61,683 nucleotides of DNA from a virus: the IMG/VR virus record IMGVR_UViG_3300045988_126295, positions 1-61,683 of that record; one strand, 5' to 3'. The first letter of the stretch is position 1, and each line of letters starts with the position of its first letter. The notes below the pieces were generated by a model, which was not told where the DNA came from, ran no database searches, and was given only the letters and a program-made list of their open reading frames with translations. Of this stretch, positions 40,731 through 50,700 are shown one piece after another. A program made the position numbers and the translations under genes.

Positions 40731-41304
40731 CTATCAATACTTTATAATTATACATTGCGTTATATACAGAAGGAGCTATCACTTTTTTGTATTGCTCTGC
40801 TACTCTTTTTATATACGACTCCTTTTCTTTTTTATAGGCTTCGAAAGCGTCTATTGGGTTGTTATATAGACCTAAATACAATTTAACCCTTTTCCCGTCA
40901 ACTGTTTCTCTTATAGTAGACATGAACTTTCCTTTTATATAGCTAACGCCAATAGGATACTTTCCCCTATTTCTACGAGAATTGGTAAATACGCTGTTGA
41001 TAAACATTGGAACGAAACAGCATGTAGATGGTGAATATATTTTGTTTCCTTTTACAAGAATATCTTTATCTATTTGGTAACCGGAAAAATAATATTCTTG
41101 TTTTTCAAACCATTCTTTGAAATTATTAAAATTCGACCATTCCTCGCACATGCTTACATTTGCATAACAATAGTTTCTATTGTTAAATCTTTTTCTTCTA
41201 CATCTGTCAACAATTCCATTCCATATATATTTTGCCGTATATTCATCCTTATTTCCGGGATTTAATCCTTCTGTTGTTGAAATTTCAAATCCGACCTTTT
41301 TCAT
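40723..41304 (-). CDS. AP2-domain homing-endonuclease-like protein
   Basis: 193 aa. Cys-rich N-terminal half, then GVSYIKGKFMSTIRETVDGKRVKLYLGLYNNPIDAFEAYKKEKE (AP2-type DNA-binding domain). Sits inside the tail-fibre module. Confidence 0.55.
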   Translation of the reverse strand: MKKVGFEISTTEGLNPGNKDEYTAKYIWNGIVDRCRRKRFNNRNYCYANVSMCEEWSNFNNFKEWFEKQEYYFSGYQIDKDILVKGNKIYSPSTCCFVPMFINSVFTNSRRNRGKYPIGVSYIKGKFMSTIRETVDGKRVKLYLGLYNNPIDAFEAYKKEKESYIKRVAEQYKKVIAPSVYNAMYNYKVLIDD

Positions 41305-41322
41305 GACACAACCCCTTTCTGA

Positions 41323-41787
41323 TTACTGAACCATTACTTCTTGGATTTTGATTATATCATCTACCTTGAAGTCATTGCTGGAGATGAATTTACCGAAAGC
41401 ATCTTCTGATAGTTTTTCATACTCCAATTCATGCTTTCTTTCCGTTTCTTCTTTCAGGCACTCTTCCAACTTCTTGTAGTATTCGTTGAAGAACTTGTTG
41501 ATTTCCCTACGCTCATCTTCTGCCAAAGTGGTTTTATCGCCGTCCTTTTGCCATTGCTGGGCTTTCTTCTGCATCTCCTCGAAGTTTTCCCCCTTTAGTT
41601 TTTCCTGCGCGTCTTTCTGAAAATCGTCAAAGTCGGCCGCAATAGGTTTGAGCTTTCTTACCGCCTTAATCACAATGAACTTATCCTTATCTTCCATTTT
41701 GGTAAGTTTGCTATCATTAAGGAGCTTATATACCGACAGGACGGTATTCGTTGTCATTTCCTTTTTTGATTTTTTATTTTCGCTCAT
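41323..41787 (-). CDS. Hypothetical acidic coiled-coil protein
   Basis: 154 aa. ATG verified. Confidence 0.55.
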   Translation of the reverse strand: MSENKKSKKEMTTNTVLSVYKLLNDSKLTKMEDKDKFIVIKAVRKLKPIAADFDDFQKDAQEKLKGENFEEMQKKAQQWQKDGDKTTLAEDERREINKFFNEYYKKLEECLKEETERKHELEYEKLSEDAFGKFISSNDFKVDDIIKIQEVMVQ

Positions 41788-41813
41788 TTTATTATTCTTT
41801 TAATGTTGTACAA

Positions 41814-42146
41814 TTACAATGAAACAGGCTGTGCGGTAGCTATCTTGGCTTTCGTGTCGGCAATAAAGGTATTGACGGCCGCGGTGATGTTGCACTGCTC
41901 CTGCTTGTCTCCCACGTTATGGTTGATGCTCAGGTTCTCGTTGCCGTAACTGTTGAAAGTAGCCACCTGTGAGCCGTCTTTCTTCACTGTGCCTGAATTG
42001 ATGCTACCTACAATGCCGTTGTTTATCTCGGCATCCGCTTCAATGTCATAGACCTTAGATTCGTCTACGGAGTTATTCACTCTTACTGTTGCTCTCACTA
42101 ACTTTTCATAAGCCACTTTTTCAGCAGCGGTTGTTGATGTACTCAT
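41814..42146 (-). CDS. Hypothetical protein
   Basis: 110 aa. ATG verified. Confidence 0.55.
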   Translation of the reverse strand: MSTSTTAAEKVAYEKLVRATVRVNNSVDESKVYDIEADAEINNGIVGSINSGTVKKDGSQVATFNSYGNENLSINHNVGDKQEQCNITAAVNTFIADTKAKIATAQPVSL

Positions 42147-42168
42147 AACTTTTGTTTTTATTGGTTTA

Positions 42169-42558
42169 CTATTCTACTATTATCATATTGTCATTTGCAT
42201 CAACTTGCATCGATGCGATTTTCATTTGGGAAAGGCCGATGATACCAAGTATCTCTATCCCGGTCTCACGCTCTATGCTGCTTCTCACGCCTGATATGTC
42301 GGTAATGAGGAACTGCGGAATATCTTTCCCGCCAAACCGCACAAGCGTATTGCAGTAATACACATCTTCCATTTCACCGCCGGCACCAACAAGAGAACCG
42401 GGGTATTTGCGTCCTCTCACGATGTCGAACTTCTTTACCTTGTCCTCGGCAATAAGCCCAACACTCGCACCTGTATCAATAAGGAAAAAGCCTTTCTTCC
42501 CGTTTACCTCGGCTTCAATGATAAGCCGCTTGTCTGATAATGATTTGAACTGTTTCAT
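42169..42558 (-). CDS. Retropepsin-like (clan AA) aspartic protease
   Basis: 129 aa. GFFLIDTGASVGLI (D-T-G-A active-site motif) and GIIGLSQM flap-like motif. Single-domain size typical of dimeric retropepsins. Confidence 0.7.
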   Translation of the reverse strand: MKQFKSLSDKRLIIEAEVNGKKGFFLIDTGASVGLIAEDKVKKFDIVRGRKYPGSLVGAGGEMEDVYYCNTLVRFGGKDIPQFLITDISGVRSSIERETGIEILGIIGLSQMKIASMQVDANDNMIIVE

Positions 42559-42585
42559 GGTCTATTATTAAGTTAATAATACGTC

Positions 42586-43755
42586 TTAAAACGAACCGCT
42601 TGCTGGCGGTGTGTTGCTTATATTCAATGATTTGGTTATCTCATTTCCTGTATATGAAACATACAAATACCAATAGCCATACACATTCGTCTTGGTAGTG
42701 GTGTAGAAATTGTTGTTAGTAAATGAGGTAATCGTTTTTGTCTCACCGGGTGCAATTGATATACTGGTTGAGCCGACATTCCATATTGACACATTCGAGA
42801 CATTAGTCATGTTGCTTCCACTGAATGAGCATCTAAGGCCTGAAACACTTGTACTAATATTGCCATTGTTCTTAATTACGATACTGGTTAAATATAGCCT
42901 GTATCCGTTGCCATAGTCTGCTCTCGCATAGTTGGCGGTAACCACCAACTGTGCTGCCTGCTTAACTATGGTGACTGTCGAGATAGACATTGTAAGTGGA
43001 AGACATTTTACCGTTTGATAACCGTTCCCGTCAGGATTTGGAAGCGAACTCGATTCTATGAGGAACGGCATTAACTTATAGGTTCCATAACAGTTCCTAT
43101 CATTGATAGTAATAGCAGTCTCATGGTCTCCACCCTCTGTATGGGTATGGACTTTTACCTGTTCGATAGCATAGAACGTTCCGTTGTCCCCTTTAAGGAT
43201 TACTCCGAGATAGCAGTTATCTGCTGACAGAATCAATGTTCCGTACGGGTCTCTATTGTCAAGATAGGATATGTTCAGCCAATTTGGATGTGAACTCTTT
43301 CCCCTCAGATTGACATATACCGCTACCCATGTATTGTTTCCGCCCATTGTTAAGTTTGTTTTGCTGGACGGATATATAGGTGCGTCCGCAGTCCCGTCAT
43401 AGCCCCTGAAATCATCTAACCTATAAGGTGAGGAAGCGCCACCAGTTGGCCTATCATACGTGTAGTATGCTGAAAGTTCCGCACTTGTCCTGTCGATGAA
43501 TGCCTTGCAAGCACCAAACTCGGTTTGCCATGGTATGTTTCCGATGCCATAGTTCTTAGTTGCCCTCTCTGCATCCGTCAAGTCGAAGTTTTTTGCGTAA
43601 TTTATAGGCTTATACTTCGCCCATTTCCTAATATTAGCAGCATCTGTAAAGAACGTTAAGCAGTCATTGGAAACACTCCCCCCGTATGCGTTGAGCGTAT
43701 CGCGTATATCCTCTGTTTTAAGGTTTGTACTCGGTAATATATTATACACTGCCAT
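42586..43755 (-). CDS. Tail fibre / receptor-binding protein, paralog 1
   Basis: 389 aa. N-terminal NLKTEDIRDTLNAYGGSVSNDCLTFFTDAANIRKWAKYKP is shared with the 39242 gene. TAATG coupling to the upstream fibre gene. Confidence 0.6.
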   Translation of the reverse strand: MAVYNILPSTNLKTEDIRDTLNAYGGSVSNDCLTFFTDAANIRKWAKYKPINYAKNFDLTDAERATKNYGIGNIPWQTEFGACKAFIDRTSAELSAYYTYDRPTGGASSPYRLDDFRGYDGTADAPIYPSSKTNLTMGGNNTWVAVYVNLRGKSSHPNWLNISYLDNRDPYGTLILSADNCYLGVILKGDNGTFYAIEQVKVHTHTEGGDHETAITINDRNCYGTYKLMPFLIESSSLPNPDGNGYQTVKCLPLTMSISTVTIVKQAAQLVVTANYARADYGNGYRLYLTSIVIKNNGNISTSVSGLRCSFSGSNMTNVSNVSIWNVGSTSISIAPGETKTITSFTNNNFYTTTKTNVYGYWYLYVSYTGNEITKSLNISNTPPASGSF

Positions 43756-46742
43756 TATGCCGCCCTCCTTTCCAGTTCGATAATACGGTTCATCATTTCT
43801 TTATTGCTATCTTTCAGCTCCTTGTTCTCTCTTTCAAGAAATTCTATTCTCGTTTCGTGGTTATTGAAGTCCTCTATCAAAAATCTTTGGAAATGCTTTG
43901 CGATAGACAGTACGCATGTAGTTGCAAGCACATCATAACTCATTGTGAAGAAGCCCTCATTGTCTGTGTCTGTCACCTGTGGAAGAAATGCGTTCCAATA
44001 CTGAGCGCTCGTTCCTGCTCTGACCTTGCATTTTTCATCTTTCTTGAAAATGTAATCGAAAAGGTCAGCATTTGCCATTACGTCAAGAGGTACGATGATG
44101 CTGTTCAGGACGTTCTTCTTTCTTAAGTCGGAGTACATGGTTATTCCGCCATAGGTGAGAAGATTACCCGGGCAAATAGTATTGCCACTTCCATCCAGCA
44201 GAGTTAAAGTTCTTGTAATTGACGCAAACTTACCTGTGTATTGCCTTACATAGATAGGTTCTGTGCCGTCATCCGCTGTTGCAATCTCTACCCAGCCTTG
44301 ATTTGACGGGCCACCGCACCTGATACGGAATAAGTCATTATCTGCTATTTGCTGATATAGCAAGTCACGCTCGTTGCCACCTGAAAGAGTTTCTAAGTAG
44401 ATAGTTCCATTTACTCCAATATCTCCATTTATATAAAGCTTTTTACCTGATGTCGATGTAGTGCCTATGCCGACGTTGCCGCCACCCATACAGCAAATTA
44501 AGTTATTAGGAGAAACATACTGTAAGTGCAGACTATCGACATAATTATTTATCTCATTAGATCTTCCGCTATCATTTCCGTTGTTATCTGTCTCAATGCA
44601 GATATTAAGAAACTTAGCCCCTCCTGTTACATTCCCTGTGCCGTCAAAAGGCTTACTGAATATTGTGCGAGGGGTTTGCAACTTGGTGGCGGAGTAGACA
44701 TTGTCATCAAGTGTGGCTAAAGTTCCAGTTGCAGCAGGTAGAGTTATCGTATTATGATGATCCCCTTGTGTTTTTATTCTGCAAGAAAAATCAGTAATCA
44801 TGCCTGGCTCTTCGTGAAAATCTATAAATTTCCCTATTTCTAATACTCCATCTCCTCCAATGTAACATATTGAATTCCATTGCCCTTGATTCAAATGTTT
44901 GCCGTCCAACAAATCCGCATCCAGCCCTGAACCTGAACCATCATTGCCGGCATCCCAAACTTTATACCCATTTTGATATATTGCAGGAGCTTCAAAATAT
45001 TCTCCCCCTTGTTCTCCGACAAGAATTAGACCTGCTGGAGCACGATAGTTATCATAATCATTATATACCAGCTTAACACCTTGCCCATTTGCTATTTGTT
45101 CTCTGAATGTTATACCTATTGAGCCTGAATATGAGGGACGTTCTGATGTGTGAGCGAAAACCAAATTTCCTGTCATCGCATCCCCGGCCTTGTTGACGTA
45201 GCGGTTATCCAGTTCGGCAGAATAGTTATTTGTAGTAAGTATTTTATATCCGTCAATTCCCCACCTATCACCATAATATCCAAGCCTTGATAATACTGAT
45301 CCTTTGCTATTAGCTGCTCCAATTAAGGCGTGATTATCATCATCCCTCATTATTAGCTTTACGTCAGACTGTGTATCAATAAATACTGTCTGTCTAAATT
45401 CCTTAGTTCCGTATATTTGTTGATGTGTGTCAATTGTTACCGCATCCGTAATCCCATATCCCCCCAGCGTAGTAGGATGAGAGGACAACTCACCAAACGA
45501 ATAACTCGGCTTGTTCGGCTGCTTGGCCCAAGAATACACGTCACTTGCCGGCAATGTGGTTGGGTAATTAGGCAATGTAATAAGCTTCGTGGTTTCATCA
45601 GGGGAATAGGTTGTGCCGTTAAGGATAATCCCGTCTACCGAACCACCGCCAACACCGCCTATTACGCTTAATACACCACCCTCTTTTGACAAGGTGGTAT
45701 TGTCAATCGGAAGCGCATCAAGAATGGTTGATGCCGTATGACTGCCTTGTGCAAACATGGTAAGACTACCTGTCAAAATCAAATCACCGTCTAACTCAAC
45801 CACTCCGTCAGAATGCTTCTTCACAAGTATATCACCGATATTTAAGCCGTTTATGAATGACTTGATACCTGTAATGTCCTGTGCACCCGATTTGGTTACG
45901 TAATCGGCTAATAGCCCGGATATGTCGTTTTTGGTGTAGGCGTCTGTGATGCCATAGCCTGCAAGGGTGGTGGCCTTATCCGCCTTAACGGAGAGTAATT
46001 CAGCTAACGTGCTTGTCTGCGTCTGACCTGCAAGGAATGATTCAAGCTCTTTCCATTTATTGATGATACCGTCAGTATCAGTCCCCTCCAAGAAGTTATC
46101 TACCTTAGCGGATAATTGAGACAAGGACGATGAAGTAGCATAACCGCTAAGTGTGTTATTAACCCATTGCTCCGTAGCATAACCGCTTAATGAAGGATAA
46201 TTAGGCAAGGTGATTATTCCGTCCTCATTAGGAGTGTAAGTGTTACCATTTACCACTATACCATTGGCAGTACCCTTTCCACCTGTTGAGACAAGCTTTC
46301 CGTCAACCCACTGAATCGTCACACCGTCTATTGGGAGACCTTCGTAGATTGAAGGGACTTGAACGTCTGCGCCTGCGTACATGGTTACTCCGTAGGCGGT
46401 AATCAACGGTTTGGTTAAGAACAAGTATTCCTCTCCGTTATCGTCAACCCTCTCTTCAAGGTTTCTGTCCCAAACGACTTTGTCAAGCTTCTTTCCGAGA
46501 AAATCATCTATCTGATCTCTCGAATAGCTGTCACTTCCATTACCGCCAACTCTTGCAACCTTATCCTTATTTGTTTTTATGAAGATAGCAGGGTCTTCAT
46601 CTGCATTACATACATATATTTCCCCGTCATTAAGTCCGTCGAGCCCGTTTCCGCCCGGAGTAGATATATTAGGAGCTTTAGCCCTGTTGTTTTCAAGGTC
46701 GCTCCCATGCCAATTTATTTTATTTACCCTCTTCTTTATCAT
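43755..46742 (-). CDS. Tail fibre with C-terminal S74-type intramolecular chaperone/autoprotease domain
   Basis: 995 aa. Internal duplications (GIVVNGNTYTPNEDGIITLPNYP / GIILNGTTYSPDETTKLITLPNYP; LAGYGITDA / LGGYGITDA). C-terminal YSDLRKKNV...coiled coil typical of Peptidase_S74. Confidence 0.75.
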   Translation of the reverse strand: MIKKRVNKINWHGSDLENNRAKAPNISTPGGNGLDGLNDGEIYVCNADEDPAIFIKTNKDKVARVGGNGSDSYSRDQIDDFLGKKLDKVVWDRNLEERVDDNGEEYLFLTKPLITAYGVTMYAGADVQVPSIYEGLPIDGVTIQWVDGKLVSTGGKGTANGIVVNGNTYTPNEDGIITLPNYPSLSGYATEQWVNNTLSGYATSSSLSQLSAKVDNFLEGTDTDGIINKWKELESFLAGQTQTSTLAELLSVKADKATTLAGYGITDAYTKNDISGLLADYVTKSGAQDITGIKSFINGLNIGDILVKKHSDGVVELDGDLILTGSLTMFAQGSHTASTILDALPIDNTTLSKEGGVLSVIGGVGGGSVDGIILNGTTYSPDETTKLITLPNYPTTLPASDVYSWAKQPNKPSYSFGELSSHPTTLGGYGITDAVTIDTHQQIYGTKEFRQTVFIDTQSDVKLIMRDDDNHALIGAANSKGSVLSRLGYYGDRWGIDGYKILTTNNYSAELDNRYVNKAGDAMTGNLVFAHTSERPSYSGSIGITFREQIANGQGVKLVYNDYDNYRAPAGLILVGEQGGEYFEAPAIYQNGYKVWDAGNDGSGSGLDADLLDGKHLNQGQWNSICYIGGDGVLEIGKFIDFHEEPGMITDFSCRIKTQGDHHNTITLPAATGTLATLDDNVYSATKLQTPRTIFSKPFDGTGNVTGGAKFLNICIETDNNGNDSGRSNEINNYVDSLHLQYVSPNNLICCMGGGNVGIGTTSTSGKKLYINGDIGVNGTIYLETLSGGNERDLLYQQIADNDLFRIRCGGPSNQGWVEIATADDGTEPIYVRQYTGKFASITRTLTLLDGSGNTICPGNLLTYGGITMYSDLRKKNVLNSIIVPLDVMANADLFDYIFKKDEKCKVRAGTSAQYWNAFLPQVTDTDNEGFFTMSYDVLATTCVLSIAKHFQRFLIEDFNNHETRIEFLERENKELKDSNKEMMNRIIELERRAA

Positions 46743-47617
46743 ACTTCCACTGTTGTTACGTTAGTAAAAGCTGATTTGTCAGCCTTGAACTGCAATAGCT
46801 GCCCGTCTGTGGCATTATCAATCACAAATGCCCCATATAATGGCGGAGATGCTGGTTCGGGAGTACCTCCGATACCGGCAATATCATTATATTGTTGTTC
46901 AAGAGCGATCGAGATGTAGAATAATTGGCTTGATTCAATAACCTGTGTAATTTCAGGTACTGAACCCTCGGAACGCACGAACTTCGTCCCGTCAATTTCT
47001 ACCATTGAAAGGCATAAGATGCGGTTTAAGTGTTTGGCAAACCAATATGGCACGCCTTTTGAGCTTCCGATTGTAAGGGTATAAACATCATACGGGACTG
47101 CGTATAACTCCTCTATCTCCTGCATCTGATTGCGGTATTGCTCGTTGCTTATATGAGAAGTGTATCCTTCCGGCTTAAATCCGGCTTCTACCCGGAACTC
47201 AAACACCTGTTGAGTATCGTTTATCCAAAATATGTTATCAAAAGCGGAATTATTACTCTTGTGAGAATACCTGATAAGCGTTGTTTCCTCTAATATAATA
47301 TCAGAGGAGCACACCTCGAATGGCTCTGACGCATTACCATTGACAGTAACCGTATATTTTGCATCATCCAGCCCGCTAAGGACTGCATAATGCATTAATA
47401 CGTTATCATTTTGATTGTATGTAGAAAGAGATACAGGAGTAGAGGTCTCGGCGACAAGGTTGTTAAGTGTTACTGACACCTCCTCCGAAGCGCTCGCAAA
47501 CACCTGTATATGGATTTTATCAGAAGTGTGGAACCTCTGAATGTAGTCCATTTCCAGCCCAAACTTATTTTTTATAGGTGAGAAAAAAAGAGGGCAAACA
47601 TCACCAACCTTTACCAT
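46739..47617 (-). CDS. Tail/baseplate-associated structural protein
   Basis: 292 aa. First gene of the minus-strand tail-fibre operon, ATGA-coupled to the fibre gene. Function is assigned by position only. Confidence 0.4.
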   Translation of the reverse strand: MVKVGDVCPLFFSPIKNKFGLEMDYIQRFHTSDKIHIQVFASASEEVSVTLNNLVAETSTPVSLSTYNQNDNVLMHYAVLSGLDDAKYTVTVNGNASEPFEVCSSDIILEETTLIRYSHKSNNSAFDNIFWINDTQQVFEFRVEAGFKPEGYTSHISNEQYRNQMQEIEELYAVPYDVYTLTIGSSKGVPYWFAKHLNRILCLSMVEIDGTKFVRSEGSVPEITQVIESSQLFYISIALEQQYNDIAGIGGTPEPASPPLYGAFVIDNATDGQLLQFKADKSAFTNVTTVEV

Positions 47618-47664
47618 GTCTTTTCGTCCTTTTTACGGTGACGTGCAACTTTACACGTCCTTTG

Positions 47665-47672
47665 CAAATGTA
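47665..47672 (-). promoter_or_regulatory. Candidate -7 box TACATTTG (minus strand) for the tail-fibre operon
   Basis: Plus strand caaatgta, 48 nt upstream of the 47617 ATG. Confidence 0.45.
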
Positions 47673-47723
47673 CATACTATTTAGAATAATTCCAAATAAG
47701 AACCAATAAATTAAATAAATTAT

Positions 47724-47731
47724 TATCTTTG
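47724..47731 (+). promoter_or_regulatory. Candidate -7 box TATCTTTG for the tape-measure operon
   Basis: 42 nt upstream of the 47773 ATG. Divergent from the 47665 box. Confidence 0.45.
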
Positions 47732-47772
47732 TATCGCCATGTGATGTTGCATGGAACTCAAAATCAGGACTT

Positions 47773-50700
47773 ATGGCAAACGAATTTGTAATTACAGATG
47801 TAGTAAGCAAAGAGGCTTTACAGCAGCTAAAAACATTATCACTTGAGTTTGATTCGGCAAAAGGTAAGTATGTAGAATTTGCAAACACATTAGCGGCAAG
47901 CTCAAAGACTAATCCAAAGACTTTTGACGAACTTTCCCAAAAAGCACACGATTATACATCCATTCTTGAAAAACTGAACAAGACACAGGAAAGAATGGAA
48001 TCCATTCAGACAAAGCAGTTGACCGTATTGCGGCAAATATCCCAGCAGTTTAACTCTATGTCAAGTCTTCAAAAACTAAACATCCTGTTTGAGCAATTTT
48101 CTAAAAACGTAAAAAATGCAAGCGATATGCTTGCCGGGCTTTCTTCTTCTTCCAATCAAGTTGCTTCTGCACAGGAAAATGCAGCCAAGAGCACACAGAC
48201 TGCAAGCGATACGATAAATCAGGCATCCGCTCAACTTCAAGCAGCCAACATGAATTATGCTTCCATAATTGATACGGTACAGGCTTACGATAGTGAAGTG
48301 ACTAAATTAACAGCCGACACCATAGCCAATAAAGAGGCTATGAATAAAATTAATGCAGATGTTAAGTCTCTTGAAAAGTCATATGAAGACGGGAAAATAT
48401 CCCTATCCGAATATACAAAACAATCTGCTATATTAATGCAAAGACATGCAGAATTGATGGCTCAAAATAAGCTGCACTCTGCACAAATAAGAGCTCATTC
48501 CACTTATATAATATCCGCTTCCGGTAGTTATAATGAAATGAACGCCGCTATGCTTGAACTGCAAAAAAGGTATAAGGCGTTAAGTGAAGCTGACCGGGAA
48601 AGCAGCATAGGGAAAAACCTTATTTCCCAAGCCAATTCTTTGAACAACAAATTAAAAGAGATAGACGCACAATTTGGGAACTATCAAAGAAATGTGGGTA
48701 ATTATGCGTCCTCATGGAATGGATTAAATGTACAGACGCAACAATTATTGCGGGAACTACCGTCTCTTACAGTGAGCTTCAACCAGTTCTTCCTTGCTAT
48801 CTCCAATAACTTACCAATGTTTGCGGATGAATTAAGAAGAGCAAGCGAAGAATTTAAACGGATGAAAGCTGAAGGATTAACCGCAATTCCTGTTTGGAAA
48901 CAATTGTTAGGTAGTATCTTTTCTTGGCAGGCTGCACTTGTAATAGGTATAACATTGCTGTCTGCGTATGGTTCGGAGATTGCAAAATGGGTAGGAAGTT
49001 TGTTTAAGGGAAAGAAAGCATTAGATGAAATCATTTCTGCTCAAGATAAATTAAGGATAGCGCAGAAAAGGGCTATCCATGATACTATGGAAGAACGCAT
49101 TCAATTGGGCTTGTTATATAAAGCTGCTACCGATAATAACAGATCTATTATAGAGCGTATTGCAGCTGCAAATGAATTAAAAAATATATCACCCAAATTA
49201 TTTGACAATTATACAAAAGAACGAATAATGATAGGAGATGCTAAAGATGCATATAAGCTATTAACAGACCAAATTATCGCTACTGCCAAAGCTAAAAGAA
49301 TAATGGGAGAAATAACAAAAGCTGCAACAAATTACGAGGAGTCCGAGTTTAAGCGTCTTAATCAAGTTTATACTGTCGAAAAAGCACGTGCAGAATATCA
49401 GAAGTTTGTAGAAGCAGGATTATCAAGAACGGAAGCAGGCATAGATGCAAAAAAGAAGCTTGAAGCAGAAAAAGCGATATTGAAATCTTTAAAAGAGCAA
49501 AGCAATGAGTATAAGAACCAAATAAATGATTTAGAGAAATTAGTAGATGTAGGAGCATTGGTTAACGATCCGGGAAAAAGCGATAAAGCTTATGAAGAAG
49601 CCAAGAAGAAGGCAGAAGAATATGCCGAATACATTAAAAAGATAACAGAGGATTTAGCTAAATCAAGGATTGATTTAATTGCTGACGGCAGAAAAAAGGA
49701 AATTGCCGAGGTTAGCAAAGAGTATGAAGATAGGATTAAGGAGATAAAAGGCAATTCTGAAAAAGAAATTGAATTAAGGAAAAACCTTGAAACGCTGAAA
49801 GGAAAAGCCATTGCGGAAATAAACGATAAATACGACAAGGAGCTTCTTGAAATAGAGAAAGCAAATCTTGAAAACAGATTGGCTTCCATTGGCGATAATT
49901 CCAATGAAGAATTAGACAAAAGGCTTAATCTCCAAATCCAACTTAATAATATGATGCGTGATGCTGAAATAAATGATGCGGAGAAGAACGGAAACGATGT
50001 CGTGGCAATACGTATGAAGTATATGAAAAGGGAGAACGATTTGATTATGCAAAACCTTGAAGAAAGATTTGGAATGATTGAATCAAACACCGATAGGATG
50101 ATAGATAGGCAGGAAACAGCCGCTTTGGAAGAAGCTAATTTGCTTAAAAAGCAGTATGCCAATGGAGAAATTGGTAAAGAGGATTACGAAAAACAGCTGT
50201 ATGATATTGGAGTAAAATATGCTAAGGCCCGTCTTGAAACACTTATGAAAGAAGTAGAGGCTGAAATGGCACTTCTTGATCCGAATAGTGAAAAATATCA
50301 AGACTTGGAAGATAGGTTAATCAATCTTCAATCACAGATAGACGGAATAAACTATGATGATGCCACTAAGAAACGGGAAGAATGGATAGACAAGTTTAAA
50401 GAGGGTTTGTCAGGGATGAACTCCGCCGCAAGGGATGCGCTTGGTGAAACGGCAGGAATATTCGAGGGGTTATCTGATATAATGGCTGATGTAGCAGAAG
50501 AAGGCAAATTAAGTTTTGAAAACATGGCGCAAGCCGTAGGAAAGATAGTATCAGGCATCACTTCGTTAATGACAGATATATATGATGCTCGGATAGAGAA
50601 TGTTGAAAAAGAACAAGAAGCCAACGATGAAGCATACGACAAGGAGATAGAACGTATAGAATCACTTGAAGAGAACGGAGCTATTTCCACCGAAGAAGCG

